From an uncultured Chthonomonadaceae bacterium (GTDB lineage: Bacteria > Armatimonadota > Chthonomonadetes > Chthonomonadales > Chthonomonadaceae), in the NCBI GenBank assembly GCA_963835065.1, contig CAWIEK010000053.1, positions 160,001-224,000 of the forward strand: a DNA stretch of 64,000 nucleotides, in the 5' to 3' direction. A program made the position numbers and the translations under genes. This document shows, in pieces, positions 53,599 to 62,426 of this stretch. Under the pieces are notes generated by a model that was not told where the DNA came from, did no database searches, and saw only the letters and a list, made by a program, of their open reading frames with translations. Each line of letters begins with the position of its first letter. Position 1 is the first letter of the stretch.

Positions 53599-53908
53599 GG
53601 TCTGGTGGGTACGTTTTGGCCCGGCTGTCGGCGGCGAAATTCAGAAGGAACGGCCCGCCATCATCGTCAGCAATGATGGCGCCAACCGTTTTCTGAACCG
53701 CGTACAGGTGGTTCCCCTTACCGGCAGCACAGGCAAACTCTACCCCGGTGAAGCCAACGTTACTCTGAACGGCCAGCCGCATAAAGCAATGGCGGATCAG
53801 TTGACGACAGTGAGCAAGCAGCGCGTCATTAATCGAGAGGGCAGCCTTTCCACAACGGATATGCAGCAGGTTGAACAGGCCATCAAAGTTCAGCGCGGCT
53901 TGCCATGA
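53585..53908 (+). CDS. mazF: PemK/MazF toxin
   Basis: RGEVWWV, GGEIQKERPAIIVSND, VVPLT, DQLTTVSK. Confidence 0.9.
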   Translation: MQRGEVWWVRFGPAVGGEIQKERPAIIVSNDGANRFLNRVQVVPLTGSTGKLYPGEANVTLNGQPHKAMADQLTTVSKQRVINREGSLSTTDMQQVEQAIKVQRGLP

Positions 53909-54028
53909 TACCAAGCCATGAAAAGATAATTCAACGCCTGCGCAAGAACTACAACTTGCCGCAGGCAAATTGGCTTGCCTATAGAGTTTCACGAGACGGC
54001 GAACTCGGTGAGGTGGCGCACTTCGGGC

Positions 54029-54378
54029 GTTGCGCATGGGCGGCATAGGCGGCATCTAACGTGACTTGCCGCTGCGCCAGTAACTTGGGCGCGTCCCCCA
54101 AATGCACCTGTTCGGGCGTGAGCAGCACCAAGCCGGTATGGTGGCGGCGCGTGTTGTACCAGATGAAGTAGTTCTGGCAGAACGTCTGGGCTTCCTCCTG
54201 GCTGGCAAAGCGCTGCGGGAAGTGGGAGCTGTACTTCAAGGTTTTGAACCCGGCTTCCGAATACGGGTTGTCGTTGCTGGCGCGCGGGCGGCTGTGAGAA
54301 CGGCGCGCAGTTTGCGGAAGTTGGCAAGCGTGGAAGAGTACAGCCCTTCGCGGCGCAGCAACGCGCCCAACTCACCGG
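54029..54378 (-). mobile_element. IS3-family transposase remnant with internal deletion
   Basis: LGALLRREGLYSS (orfA) joined to SNDNPYSEAGFKTLKY...WYNTRRHH.GL..LTP (orfB 3'). Confidence 0.75.
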
Positions 54379-54489
54379 CTTAGAGCCTATCTCGATAGGG
54401 CTTGTCCTTGCGTCCGTAGGACGCTTACACTATTTCCTGTGCGGGATTTTGTCTCACCCTTTTGTGGCACACAGGGAAGTGAGCAGAGA

Positions 54490-54599
54490 AGTAGTCAGTA
54501 GTCAGTAGTCAGTAGAGGAACCTTCTTCTATAAACCGGTTGCGGTTGTAAATCTGTGAGTAGACGGGCATTTCTACTGACTACTGACTACTGACTACTT
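54490..54599. repeat. Heptamer-arm (TAGTCAG) inverted element
   Basis: Sister of 42134-42268. Confidence 0.85.
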
Positions 54600-54611
54600 C
54601 TGGAGCAATTT

Positions 54612-55469
54612 ATGCGCGGTAAAGTGTGCCTGATTACGGGCGGCACGGGCGGCATCGGCAGGCAAACGGGGCTGGAACTGGCGAAACAGGGCGCAACCGT
54701 CGTGCTGGCAGGGCGCAGCGCGGAACGGGGCACGGAAGCCGTAGCCGCGATTCGGAAGCAGAGCGGCAATGCCGAGGTTGCGTTTTTGCAGGGCGATTTA
54801 TCCTTGCAGGCAGGCGTTCGCGCCCTGGCCGCAGACTTTCAGCGCAGGTATGATCGCCTGGACGCGCTGATAAACAACGCGGGCGTGGTCAAGAAACAGC
54901 GCGAACTTACGGCGGACGGGTTTGAAACGACGTTTGCCGTAAACCATCTGGCTCCGTTTCTGCTCACGCACTTGTTGCGGGATGTTTTGGCGGCAAGCGG
55001 GCGCGTAGACAATCCCGCCCGCATCCTCAACGTATCTTCCGCCGCGCATAAAGTGTTGTGGAAGGGACTGGATTTCGATAACCTGCAAGGCGAAAAGCGG
55101 TTTCGGTCTTTCCGCGCCTATGGCGCTTCCAAATTGGCGAACGTGCTGTTTACCCATGCCCTTGCGAAACGGCTGCAAGGCACATACGTTACGGCTTACG
55201 TCCTGCATCCGGGCGTCATCAACACGGACATCAGCCGCGAAAACGACACGCCGTTTGTGCGCCTCGCGTACCGGGTTTGGGGCCGTTCCCTGGAAGAAGG
55301 GGCGCGGACGTCCGTGTATCTCGCCACCTCGCCCGAAGTGATTCCCCTTACCGGCATGTACTTTGAGGACTGCCACGCCGCGCCCTCCTCCCGCGCTTCC
55401 TACAACCGCGACGCGGAAGAGCGCTTGTGGGGAATCAGCGAGCAGTTGACGCAATGCCGCTCGTTTTAA
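54612..55469 (+). CDS. SDR oxidoreductase (retinol dehydrogenase-like)
   Basis: TGGTGGIG, NNAG, YGASK, LHPG. Confidence 0.9.
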   Translation: MRGKVCLITGGTGGIGRQTGLELAKQGATVVLAGRSAERGTEAVAAIRKQSGNAEVAFLQGDLSLQAGVRALAADFQRRYDRLDALINNAGVVKKQRELTADGFETTFAVNHLAPFLLTHLLRDVLAASGRVDNPARILNVSSAAHKVLWKGLDFDNLQGEKRFRSFRAYGASKLANVLFTHALAKRLQGTYVTAYVLHPGVINTDISRENDTPFVRLAYRVWGRSLEEGARTSVYLATSPEVIPLTGMYFEDCHAAPSSRASYNRDAEERLWGISEQLTQCRSF

Positions 55470-55701
55470 TTGCCTGCAAGTACCATATATTTGAAAGTAC
55501 ATACATCGAATTGGAACTGATTCGCCGTTGCTGCGTGAAATAGTCTGTTCGATACGCCTGCGCGGAACATGGCGGCGTTCAAAAGCGGTGTTGGGCATGT
55601 CCTAAACTTGATTTATTGGTCAAGGCGCAAAGTCAACGTCAATCGCGAGTACAAATTGAATCGCATGATGGCTGAACACGAAGCTGGAAAGGAAGATTCG
55701 G

Positions 55702-56976
55702 ATGAAAACTGCGGGGTTTGCATCGCTTACGCGCGGTTCGGCGCTGCTCGGCCTGAGCGCCTGTATTGGGTTTGGCGTTATTGGCTGCCGGGGCAAGTCG
55801 AACAATGCCGTAACAGTGGCTGACGGCATATCCGGGCAAAATACCAGCCAGAACGTCGGCGGAGCCAGCGCTGCTGTTTCGGGCGCAACAGTCAGCGACG
55901 CGGACGCGCAGCAGTTTACCGATAAAATGTCCCGCGCCATGAGAAGCAACGATGTTACGGGAATGTCCAACCTGATAGACGTGGACGCGCTGGCAAAAGC
56001 CAGTGTCGCCGACTTGAACATTCCCAACCTGGACATGGCCGGGTTTACACAGGGGATGCGCCAGTCCCTTGCCACTCCCACCGGCCTGCCCGCCCAACTC
56101 GCGCAAAGCATCGCCAATGGCGGCAGCGTTGACCTGCTGCGGTTTGTGGAGGTAGACCATCAGAAACGCGCCCGTATGCGCCTGGTGCATCCCAACAACG
56201 GCGGCGTCAACTACATTGATTTCATTTTGGGGCGCGATGGGGCGGGGCAAGTCGTGGCGCAGGATATGTACATCTTTTACAGCGGCGAACTGCTGTCGCA
56301 AACGGTGCGCAGGCTGGCCGTGCAGATGGCCGCGCAGGGAAACCAGAGTCTGCTGGAACGGCTCAAGGGCACGGAATCCGAATTTGTCAAGCATATCGGG
56401 GATGTAGAAGGAATCACGACGGCCCTTGCCGCCAAAAATGGCGGGGAAGCGGCACGGCTGTTCGACGCCCTGCCCGACAGCCTGAAACAAAACAAAACTC
56501 TGAAACTGATGCACATTCAGATTGCGGAACTGCAAGGGGATACGCAGTATACGCAGGCGATTGCCGATTTTCGCGCCGCCTTCCCCAACGACCCGGCCAG
56601 CGACCTGATCAGCATTGACTACTACCTGCTCAAAAAGCAGTACGACAAATCCCTGGAAGCGGTGAACAAGCTGGACAGTTCCCTGGGCGGCGACCCGTAC
56701 CTGAACGTGATCCGCGCCTACCTGTACATCACCGAAGACAAAATGCCGCAGGCGCAGGACGCGGCGGAAAAAGCCGCGCAGCAAATGCCGGATAACAAGG
56801 ATGCCAATACTGTCGTGCTGCTGACGGCGCTGATCAACAAGCGTTACGAACCCGTGCCTGCCGCGCTCAACGCCCTGAAAAAAGCGGGAGAAGCCATCCC
56901 TGACGTTGCGACAAACGAGAAGTACGCCGGTTTCCGCAGTTCGCCGCAGTACAAAGAGTGGCAGAAGATGCAGTAG
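55702..56976 (+). CDS. Putative lipoprotein with TPR-like C-terminus
   Basis: Lipobox-like VIGC; helical repeats. Confidence 0.65.
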   Translation: MKTAGFASLTRGSALLGLSACIGFGVIGCRGKSNNAVTVADGISGQNTSQNVGGASAAVSGATVSDADAQQFTDKMSRAMRSNDVTGMSNLIDVDALAKASVADLNIPNLDMAGFTQGMRQSLATPTGLPAQLAQSIANGGSVDLLRFVEVDHQKRARMRLVHPNNGGVNYIDFILGRDGAGQVVAQDMYIFYSGELLSQTVRRLAVQMAAQGNQSLLERLKGTESEFVKHIGDVEGITTALAAKNGGEAARLFDALPDSLKQNKTLKLMHIQIAELQGDTQYTQAIADFRAAFPNDPASDLISIDYYLLKKQYDKSLEAVNKLDSSLGGDPYLNVIRAYLYITEDKMPQAQDAAEKAAQQMPDNKDANTVVLLTALINKRYEPVPAALNALKKAGEAIPDVATNEKYAGFRSSPQYKEWQKMQ

Positions 56977-57005
56977 CCGCGTAAACAGCCTGATTGACGC
57001 TGATG

Positions 57006-57041
57006 AAATCGCCCGAATGGTTCAACCGTTCGGGCGATTTT
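57006..57041 (+). terminator. Terminator hairpin
   Basis: aaatcgcccgaatgg ttcaa ccgttcgggcgattt. Confidence 0.75.
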
Positions 57042-57118
57042 GCCGTTTGTTTTGCCTGAACGGTTACGGTTACGGGCGGCTTCTGCGCAGGGGGCGTGTT
57101 TTGCGGTACAATAGCCAC

Positions 57119-58541
57119 ATGGCTATTAAATTTTCAGAACCTACTACGGCGCACAATATAATTCCTTCGCAGCATACTGTTCCTTCTCCCAAAGGGCGCG
57201 TCAGCCTTATCAATTTGGGCTGCGCGAAGAACGAGGTGGACAGCGAGGAGATGCTCGGCCTGCTGCAAAGCGAAGGCTACGGCGTCGAGTTCGCCCACAA
57301 TAGCAAGGCCGTTCGCGCTGATGCCGACGTGGTTGTTATCAATACCTGCGGCTTTATCGAAGCGGCAAAAGAAGAATCTATCAACACCATTCTGGAAGCC
57401 TTGCAGCGCAAGGAGCGGGGCGAGATCAAAAAGGTGGTTGTGGCGGGCTGTTTGGTGCAGCGATATGCCAAAGAACTGGCGCTGGAACTCCCGAACGTAG
57501 ACGCTTTCATCGGCACAGGGCAAATGGGACAGATCGGGCAAGTGGTGGGCGACGCGCTGATTCGGCCCGGCCAACTGCTGCAAATCGGAGCGAAGCCGCA
57601 CCATCAATGGCTGGACACGCCCACCCGCGCCCGCATTGGGCAGTCCGTGGACGGCGTACCTGAAAATCTCCGAAGGCTGCGACCATGCCTGCACGTTCTG
57701 CGCCATCCCCAGTTTTCGGGGCCGGCACGTCAGCAAGCCAATGGAGAAAATCATTGCCGAAGCCGAACTGCTCGTCTCACAGGGCGTGAAAGAAATCAAC
57801 CTCATCGCGCAGGACTCCACACAGTACGGCTACGACCTGTACGGCAAAATGCGCCTGCCGGAACTGCTGCGCGAACTGTCGCAAATCAACGGCGTGCAAT
57901 GGCTGCGCCTGTTTTACTGCTACCCTTCCCGCGTGAACCGGGGCATCATAGACGCGATTGCCACCACGCCCAAACTGCTGCACTACATTGATATGCCGCT
58001 CCAGCACGCCGACAACGAAATGCTCCGCCTGATGCGCCGCCCCATGACATACGAGGGCTACCTCAAACTGCTGGCCGACTTCCGAGCCGCCGCGCCCGAT
58101 GTCGCCATACGCACGACGTTTATTGTCGGCTTTCCCGGCGAAACCAAAGAACACTTTGCCACGCTGGAACGTTTCGTCGAAGAAGCGCGATTTGACCGCG
58201 TGGGCGTGTTCGAGTATTCGGTTGAGGACGGTACGCCGAGCGCGGATATGGAGCCGAAAGTGCCTGGCCGCACCAAGCGAACGCGCAAGGAAAAACTGAT
58301 GGCGCGGCAGCAGCCCATTTCGCTGGCCTGTAATCAAAAGTGGGTTGGGCGCGAGTTGGACGTACTTGTAGAAAGCCGTTCGCCACTTGATGTTACCACG
58401 ATGATAGGCCGCAGCTTCCGCGACGCGCCCGAAATTGATGGGCAGGTGTACGTGAAAAAATGCGCCGCGCAGCCCGGTTCGTTCGTCCGCGCCCGCGTCA
58501 CCGAAGCCCGCCCCTACGATCTGGTTGCCGAACCTGTGTAA
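57119..58541 (+). CDS. rimO: Ribosomal protein S12 methylthiotransferase, frameshift near 57638
   Basis: LGCAKNEVDSE, NTCGFI, GCLVQRY, CDHACTFC, DAPEIDG (TRAM domain). Confidence 0.92.
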
Positions 58542-58558
58542 GATTTTGGGATAAAACT

Positions 58559-58798
58559 ATGCAGCAAGTTACTTTAGAAGAAGCCAAAGCGCATTTAACG
58601 GAACTGGTGGAAGCCGCCGCGCATGGCGAAGAAGTGTTTATTACGAAAGAAGACGGTCTTTCCGTTCGGCTTGTACTTCACCATTCTGGCACACAAGAAC
58701 CTGAGCGCCGGAAGCGTCAGTTTGGCAGCGCAAAAGGGCTGATGACAATGGCTCCTGATTTCGACGCGCCACTCGACGACTTCAAAGAGAATATTTGA
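58559..58798 (+). CDS. Phd/YefM-like antitoxin (orphan)
   Basis: EAKAHLTELVEAA..GEEV.I; RQFGSAKG..MAPDFDAPL. Confidence 0.8.
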   Translation: MQQVTLEEAKAHLTELVEAAAHGEEVFITKEDGLSVRLVLHHSGTQEPERRKRQFGSAKGLMTMAPDFDAPLDDFKENI

Positions 58799-58906
58799 AA
58801 CAAAAGTATTTGTGTGTAAAACAACAAAAATTAGTGGCGGAAGCCACTTGGGGCGGAATTACGTTTGTACAACTCGCATTTCTGGAAAGGAAATTGATAA
58901 TTACAC

Positions 58907-60589
58907 ATGACTGATATTGAAAACGGCACGAACGGCAAGCTGCAGATTATTTCGCTCGGCGGCAGCGGCGACATCGGCAAAAACATGCTTGCGTTTCGCT
59001 ATGAAGACACCATTCTGATCGTGGATTGCGGCGTCAGCTTCGCCAACGAGGAGCAGCCCGGCGTTGACCTGATTATTCCCGACATCACGTACCTGCTGGA
59101 ACACCGCGAAATGGTGAAGGGCATCTGCCTGACGCACGGGCATGAAGACCATATCGGCGCCCTCCCGTTCGTGCTGAAGCAACTGCCGCTTCCCCTGTAT
59201 GGAACGCCGCTCACCCTGGGCATGGTACGCGAAAAACTCAGCGAACATGGGCTTGTCGCCAGCACCAGTTTCAACCCGTACCCGGAGGGCAAAGCGGTGG
59301 AATTCGGGCCGCTGTCCGTGCGGGCAATCCATGTCACGCACAGCCTGCCGGACGCGGCCAGCCTGGTGATTACGTCGCCGGTGGGAACGGTCGTGCATAC
59401 ATCCGACTTCAAGATTGACAACACGCCCGTTGACAACCGCTTGTTCGATTCCAGCAGCTTTGCGCAGATCGGCGACAAGGGCGTAAGATTGCTGATTTCC
59501 GACAGCGTGAACGTGGAGCGCAAAGGCTGGTCGCCCTCGGAGCGCAGTTTGGTTCCCGTTTTTGACCGCTTCATGCGCGACAGCCTGGGGCGGGTGATCG
59601 TGGCGACGTTCGGCTCCAACCTGCACCGGGTTCAAACGGTTGTGGACACGGCGACGCGGTATGGGCGCAAGGTGGCGATCTTCGGGCGCAGCATGACGCA
59701 AAACGTGGCGACGGCGCGGGCGTTGGGCATTTTGCGCATTGCCGACCATCAGCTTGTGAAAGTGGAAGACATCGGCAAGTACCATCCCGTTGAAATCGCG
59801 ATTCTGACAACGGGCAGTCAGGGCGAACCCCTTGCCGGCCTGACGCGCATGAGCCGCGACGAGAATTCCAAAATTCAGATTGACAAGACCGATACAATCA
59901 TTTTGTCTTCCACGCCGATTCCCGGCAACGAGGATATGGTGTGGCGCGTGGTCAACCGCATCTTCCGGCTTGGCGCGACTGTGGTTTACGAGGCCATTCA
60001 AAACGTGCATGTGTCGGGGCACGGCTATCAGGAAGAACTCAAAATGATGATCAACCTGACCCGCCCCGATTTCGTCGCGCCCTATCACGGCGAAGCGCGG
60101 CACTACCATGCGTACCGTCAGATGGCATTAGATATGGAGTATCCGCCCGAAAACATCCTGACGTTTGATGTGGGACAGATGCTCGTTATGGACGAAAACG
60201 GCGTCCGCAAAGGCACGGAAACGGTTGCGCACGGCAGCGTACTCGTGGACGGCATTTCTACGGGCGGCGTGTCGGACGTGGTTCTGCGTGACCGGCGGCA
60301 TTTGTCTACGGACGGAACCGTGATTGTCACGATGACGATGGACCGCAGCACAGGCGAAGTGCTTTCCGGCCCGGATTGGCTGTCGCGGGGTTTCCTCAAG
60401 CCGGAAGACAGCAGCGAGTTGTTCGAGGCGGCGAGTGAGCGCGTGTGTCAGGCGGTGGAGGAACTCAACTACACGGAAGGCTCGGACGTGGACACGGTTC
60501 GCGTGACTGTCCACGACACGGTAGCCAAGTACCTGCGCAAGCGCACCAGCCGCCGCCCCGTCGTGGTTCCCGTCATCATGGAGATTTAA
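58907..60589 (+). CDS. rnj: Ribonuclease J
   Basis: IGKNM, THGHEDHIG, TGSQGEP, HVSGH. Confidence 0.93.
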   Translation: MTDIENGTNGKLQIISLGGSGDIGKNMLAFRYEDTILIVDCGVSFANEEQPGVDLIIPDITYLLEHREMVKGICLTHGHEDHIGALPFVLKQLPLPLYGTPLTLGMVREKLSEHGLVASTSFNPYPEGKAVEFGPLSVRAIHVTHSLPDAASLVITSPVGTVVHTSDFKIDNTPVDNRLFDSSSFAQIGDKGVRLLISDSVNVERKGWSPSERSLVPVFDRFMRDSLGRVIVATFGSNLHRVQTVVDTATRYGRKVAIFGRSMTQNVATARALGILRIADHQLVKVEDIGKYHPVEIAILTTGSQGEPLAGLTRMSRDENSKIQIDKTDTIILSSTPIPGNEDMVWRVVNRIFRLGATVVYEAIQNVHVSGHGYQEELKMMINLTRPDFVAPYHGEARHYHAYRQMALDMEYPPENILTFDVGQMLVMDENGVRKGTETVAHGSVLVDGISTGGVSDVVLRDRRHLSTDGTVIVTMTMDRSTGEVLSGPDWLSRGFLKPEDSSELFEAASERVCQAVEELNYTEGSDVDTVRVTVHDTVAKYLRKRTSRRPVVVPVIMEI

Positions 60590-60595
60590 CGGTAC

Positions 60596-60893
60596 GTAGA
60601 AAAAGGGTATGTAGAGGTCATCGTCGAAATCTTGGCAATACAGCGCTTCCAGCCCGATGTCTCGTTGTGTCAAGTTGTAGGAGAGAGGCGTCGTGACCTC
60701 GTAAGCGTCAGGGCGAACGGGAGGGGTGAAACATAGGCTTTGCACCTCCCTTTTGTCTTGGTTGAGAGTTGAGGGTTGAGAGTTGAGAGGAACTCGAACT
60801 TTTAGCCTTCGCCTCTATGTAGACGGTATTCTACTGTTTAGACGGCTGTTTGAGGCATAAGGTTCGCTTTTTTCGCGTGGTTTGGCTCTTTTT
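60596..60893 (-). ncRNA. Repeated ECF-promoter / micro-ORF / conserved-RNA unit, copy C
   Basis: GAACC-N16-CGTCTAAA (60837-60865), GGAGG, MFHPSRSP* (60708-60734), conserved tail; heptamer insert in the leader. Confidence 0.6.
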
Positions 60894-61226
60894 GAGAAAT
60901 AAGGGCAAACCGTGAACACACCAAAAGAACATGAATACCCCGGAACAACAGATAAAAACGGATCGCGCCATGCAGCGGGCGCGTGAGATAATACGGCACG
61001 AATGGATAGAAGCGGGAAAGACTGAAGAAGAACTGGATAAAGAAGAGCAGAATTCTCGAACTCTTTGACGAGCTATTAGGAGAGGGACGCGAGCCGGAAG
61101 ACATTCACGCCGAATGGAAGGGCAAATCCACTGCCGAGATTTTGCATACCTACGCTGTGCCTACAGCAAGCTGATAAAGCGCGTGTTCGGACGCATAGTT
61201 ATCGAGATTGCCTTAAGAACGAAGAA

Positions 61227-62207
61227 ATGTGGAAACAAACTGAAAACCTCGCAGCCCTTATCCCGCTCCATGCCAAGATTATCTATGAAGCCAACATTGA
61301 AGGCAGCCATGATTGGCAAATTGTTCGCTCTTTCGTTCGCTTTGATCAGGCAAAGCGTGAGGACTGGAAACCTATCGCATCCTTCACACTGGCAGGCGTA
61401 ACTTATGACAACCGCTTTCACAACCGAACAGAAGCTTTTCGTAAATCGGGTAGCGTCAGCCGTTATTGGGTAAAAGAAAGCACTGCGCGTACCCTTACTG
61501 AAAAGAACCATTTTGGTGTATGGGAAATGCGTGAGGGCCATGTTGTATTTTGGCAGACAATACTTCCAATTATACGAATAGAAAATGCCATACGCCCCTC
61601 CGCCAACTTGCCAATGTCATACGCTGATGAAGTAGATGCTGAGGTTGTTTACTATGAAGGAGCGGTTCGGCAGATAAAAGTTGATGCCTACGAGCGCAAT
61701 ACGCAGGCACGGAATGAGTGCATAAAACTTCATGGGGCACAATGTTGTGTCTGTGGCTTTGACTTTGGCAAAGTGTATGGAGAGATTGGCGAAGGCTACA
61801 TTCACATTCATCATTTGCGTCCATTGGCTGACATCAGGGAGCAGTACACAGTTGATCCGGTGACTGACTTACAACCCATTTGCCCTAATTGTCACGCCAT
61901 GCTTCATCGTAGGAAGCCGCCCTACAGTATCGAGGAAATGAAAGACATATTGGAAGCAGAACTCTTGCAAACGATCTATCAGGAGAAGCGTCCCGGCTTT
62001 CAAGAACGTTTCGATGAACTGAACGCAAGAGGGCGTACATTCACTCTGACAGCCGCCGAGCAAGAAGAGCGGTTACGGCTTGTGGAGGAGTCAGAGGCTT
62101 TCACTGTTCAACGATTACAGGCGCTTGTCGAACTGGCACAGCTTCGTCAGGTTTCTTTGCCTGCGCTGATGAAGCAGCTTGGCATCAAGCCTCCCGCTGT
62201 TGTATGA
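61227..62207 (+). CDS. McrA-like HNH endonuclease fused to an antitoxin C-terminal remnant (start uncertain)
   Basis: YERN..AR..C...HG..C.VCGFDF, HIHH, CPNCHAMLH; tail VSLPALMKQL also in 47798-48200. Confidence 0.75.
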   Translation: MWKQTENLAALIPLHAKIIYEANIEGSHDWQIVRSFVRFDQAKREDWKPIASFTLAGVTYDNRFHNRTEAFRKSGSVSRYWVKESTARTLTEKNHFGVWEMREGHVVFWQTILPIIRIENAIRPSANLPMSYADEVDAEVVYYEGAVRQIKVDAYERNTQARNECIKLHGAQCCVCGFDFGKVYGEIGEGYIHIHHLRPLADIREQYTVDPVTDLQPICPNCHAMLHRRKPPYSIEEMKDILEAELLQTIYQEKRPGFQERFDELNARGRTFTLTAAEQEERLRLVEESEAFTVQRLQALVELAQLRQVSLPALMKQLGIKPPAVV

Positions 62208-62426
62208 GTATGTTTTCAACCAGTACTGCAAACCCTACGAAAAACATCTCGGCAGCCATAAAGGACACAGACGGGGCAGTGAAGAATAAAGGGGCAAGGC
62301 AACTATCTACGTTGCTTTGCCCTTAAACTTTGATGTTCCACTCTTTTGATTCCTTGTGTTCTCTTTTCGTTTATTTCGTGTGTTTCGCGGTTCATCAAGC
62401 AGTTTACCCATAGGAGGTTCGTTTCA

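Noticed and set aside
1444..58541. Frameshifts in amidase, peroxidase, PSD1, lon, rimO and others as programmed frameshifting or mass pseudogenisation
   Set aside because: Single-base slips, several in short homopolymers (lon GTCGGGC, rimO ATTGGGC), hit conserved housekeeping genes; uncorrected read indels are more likely. Read polishing would decide.
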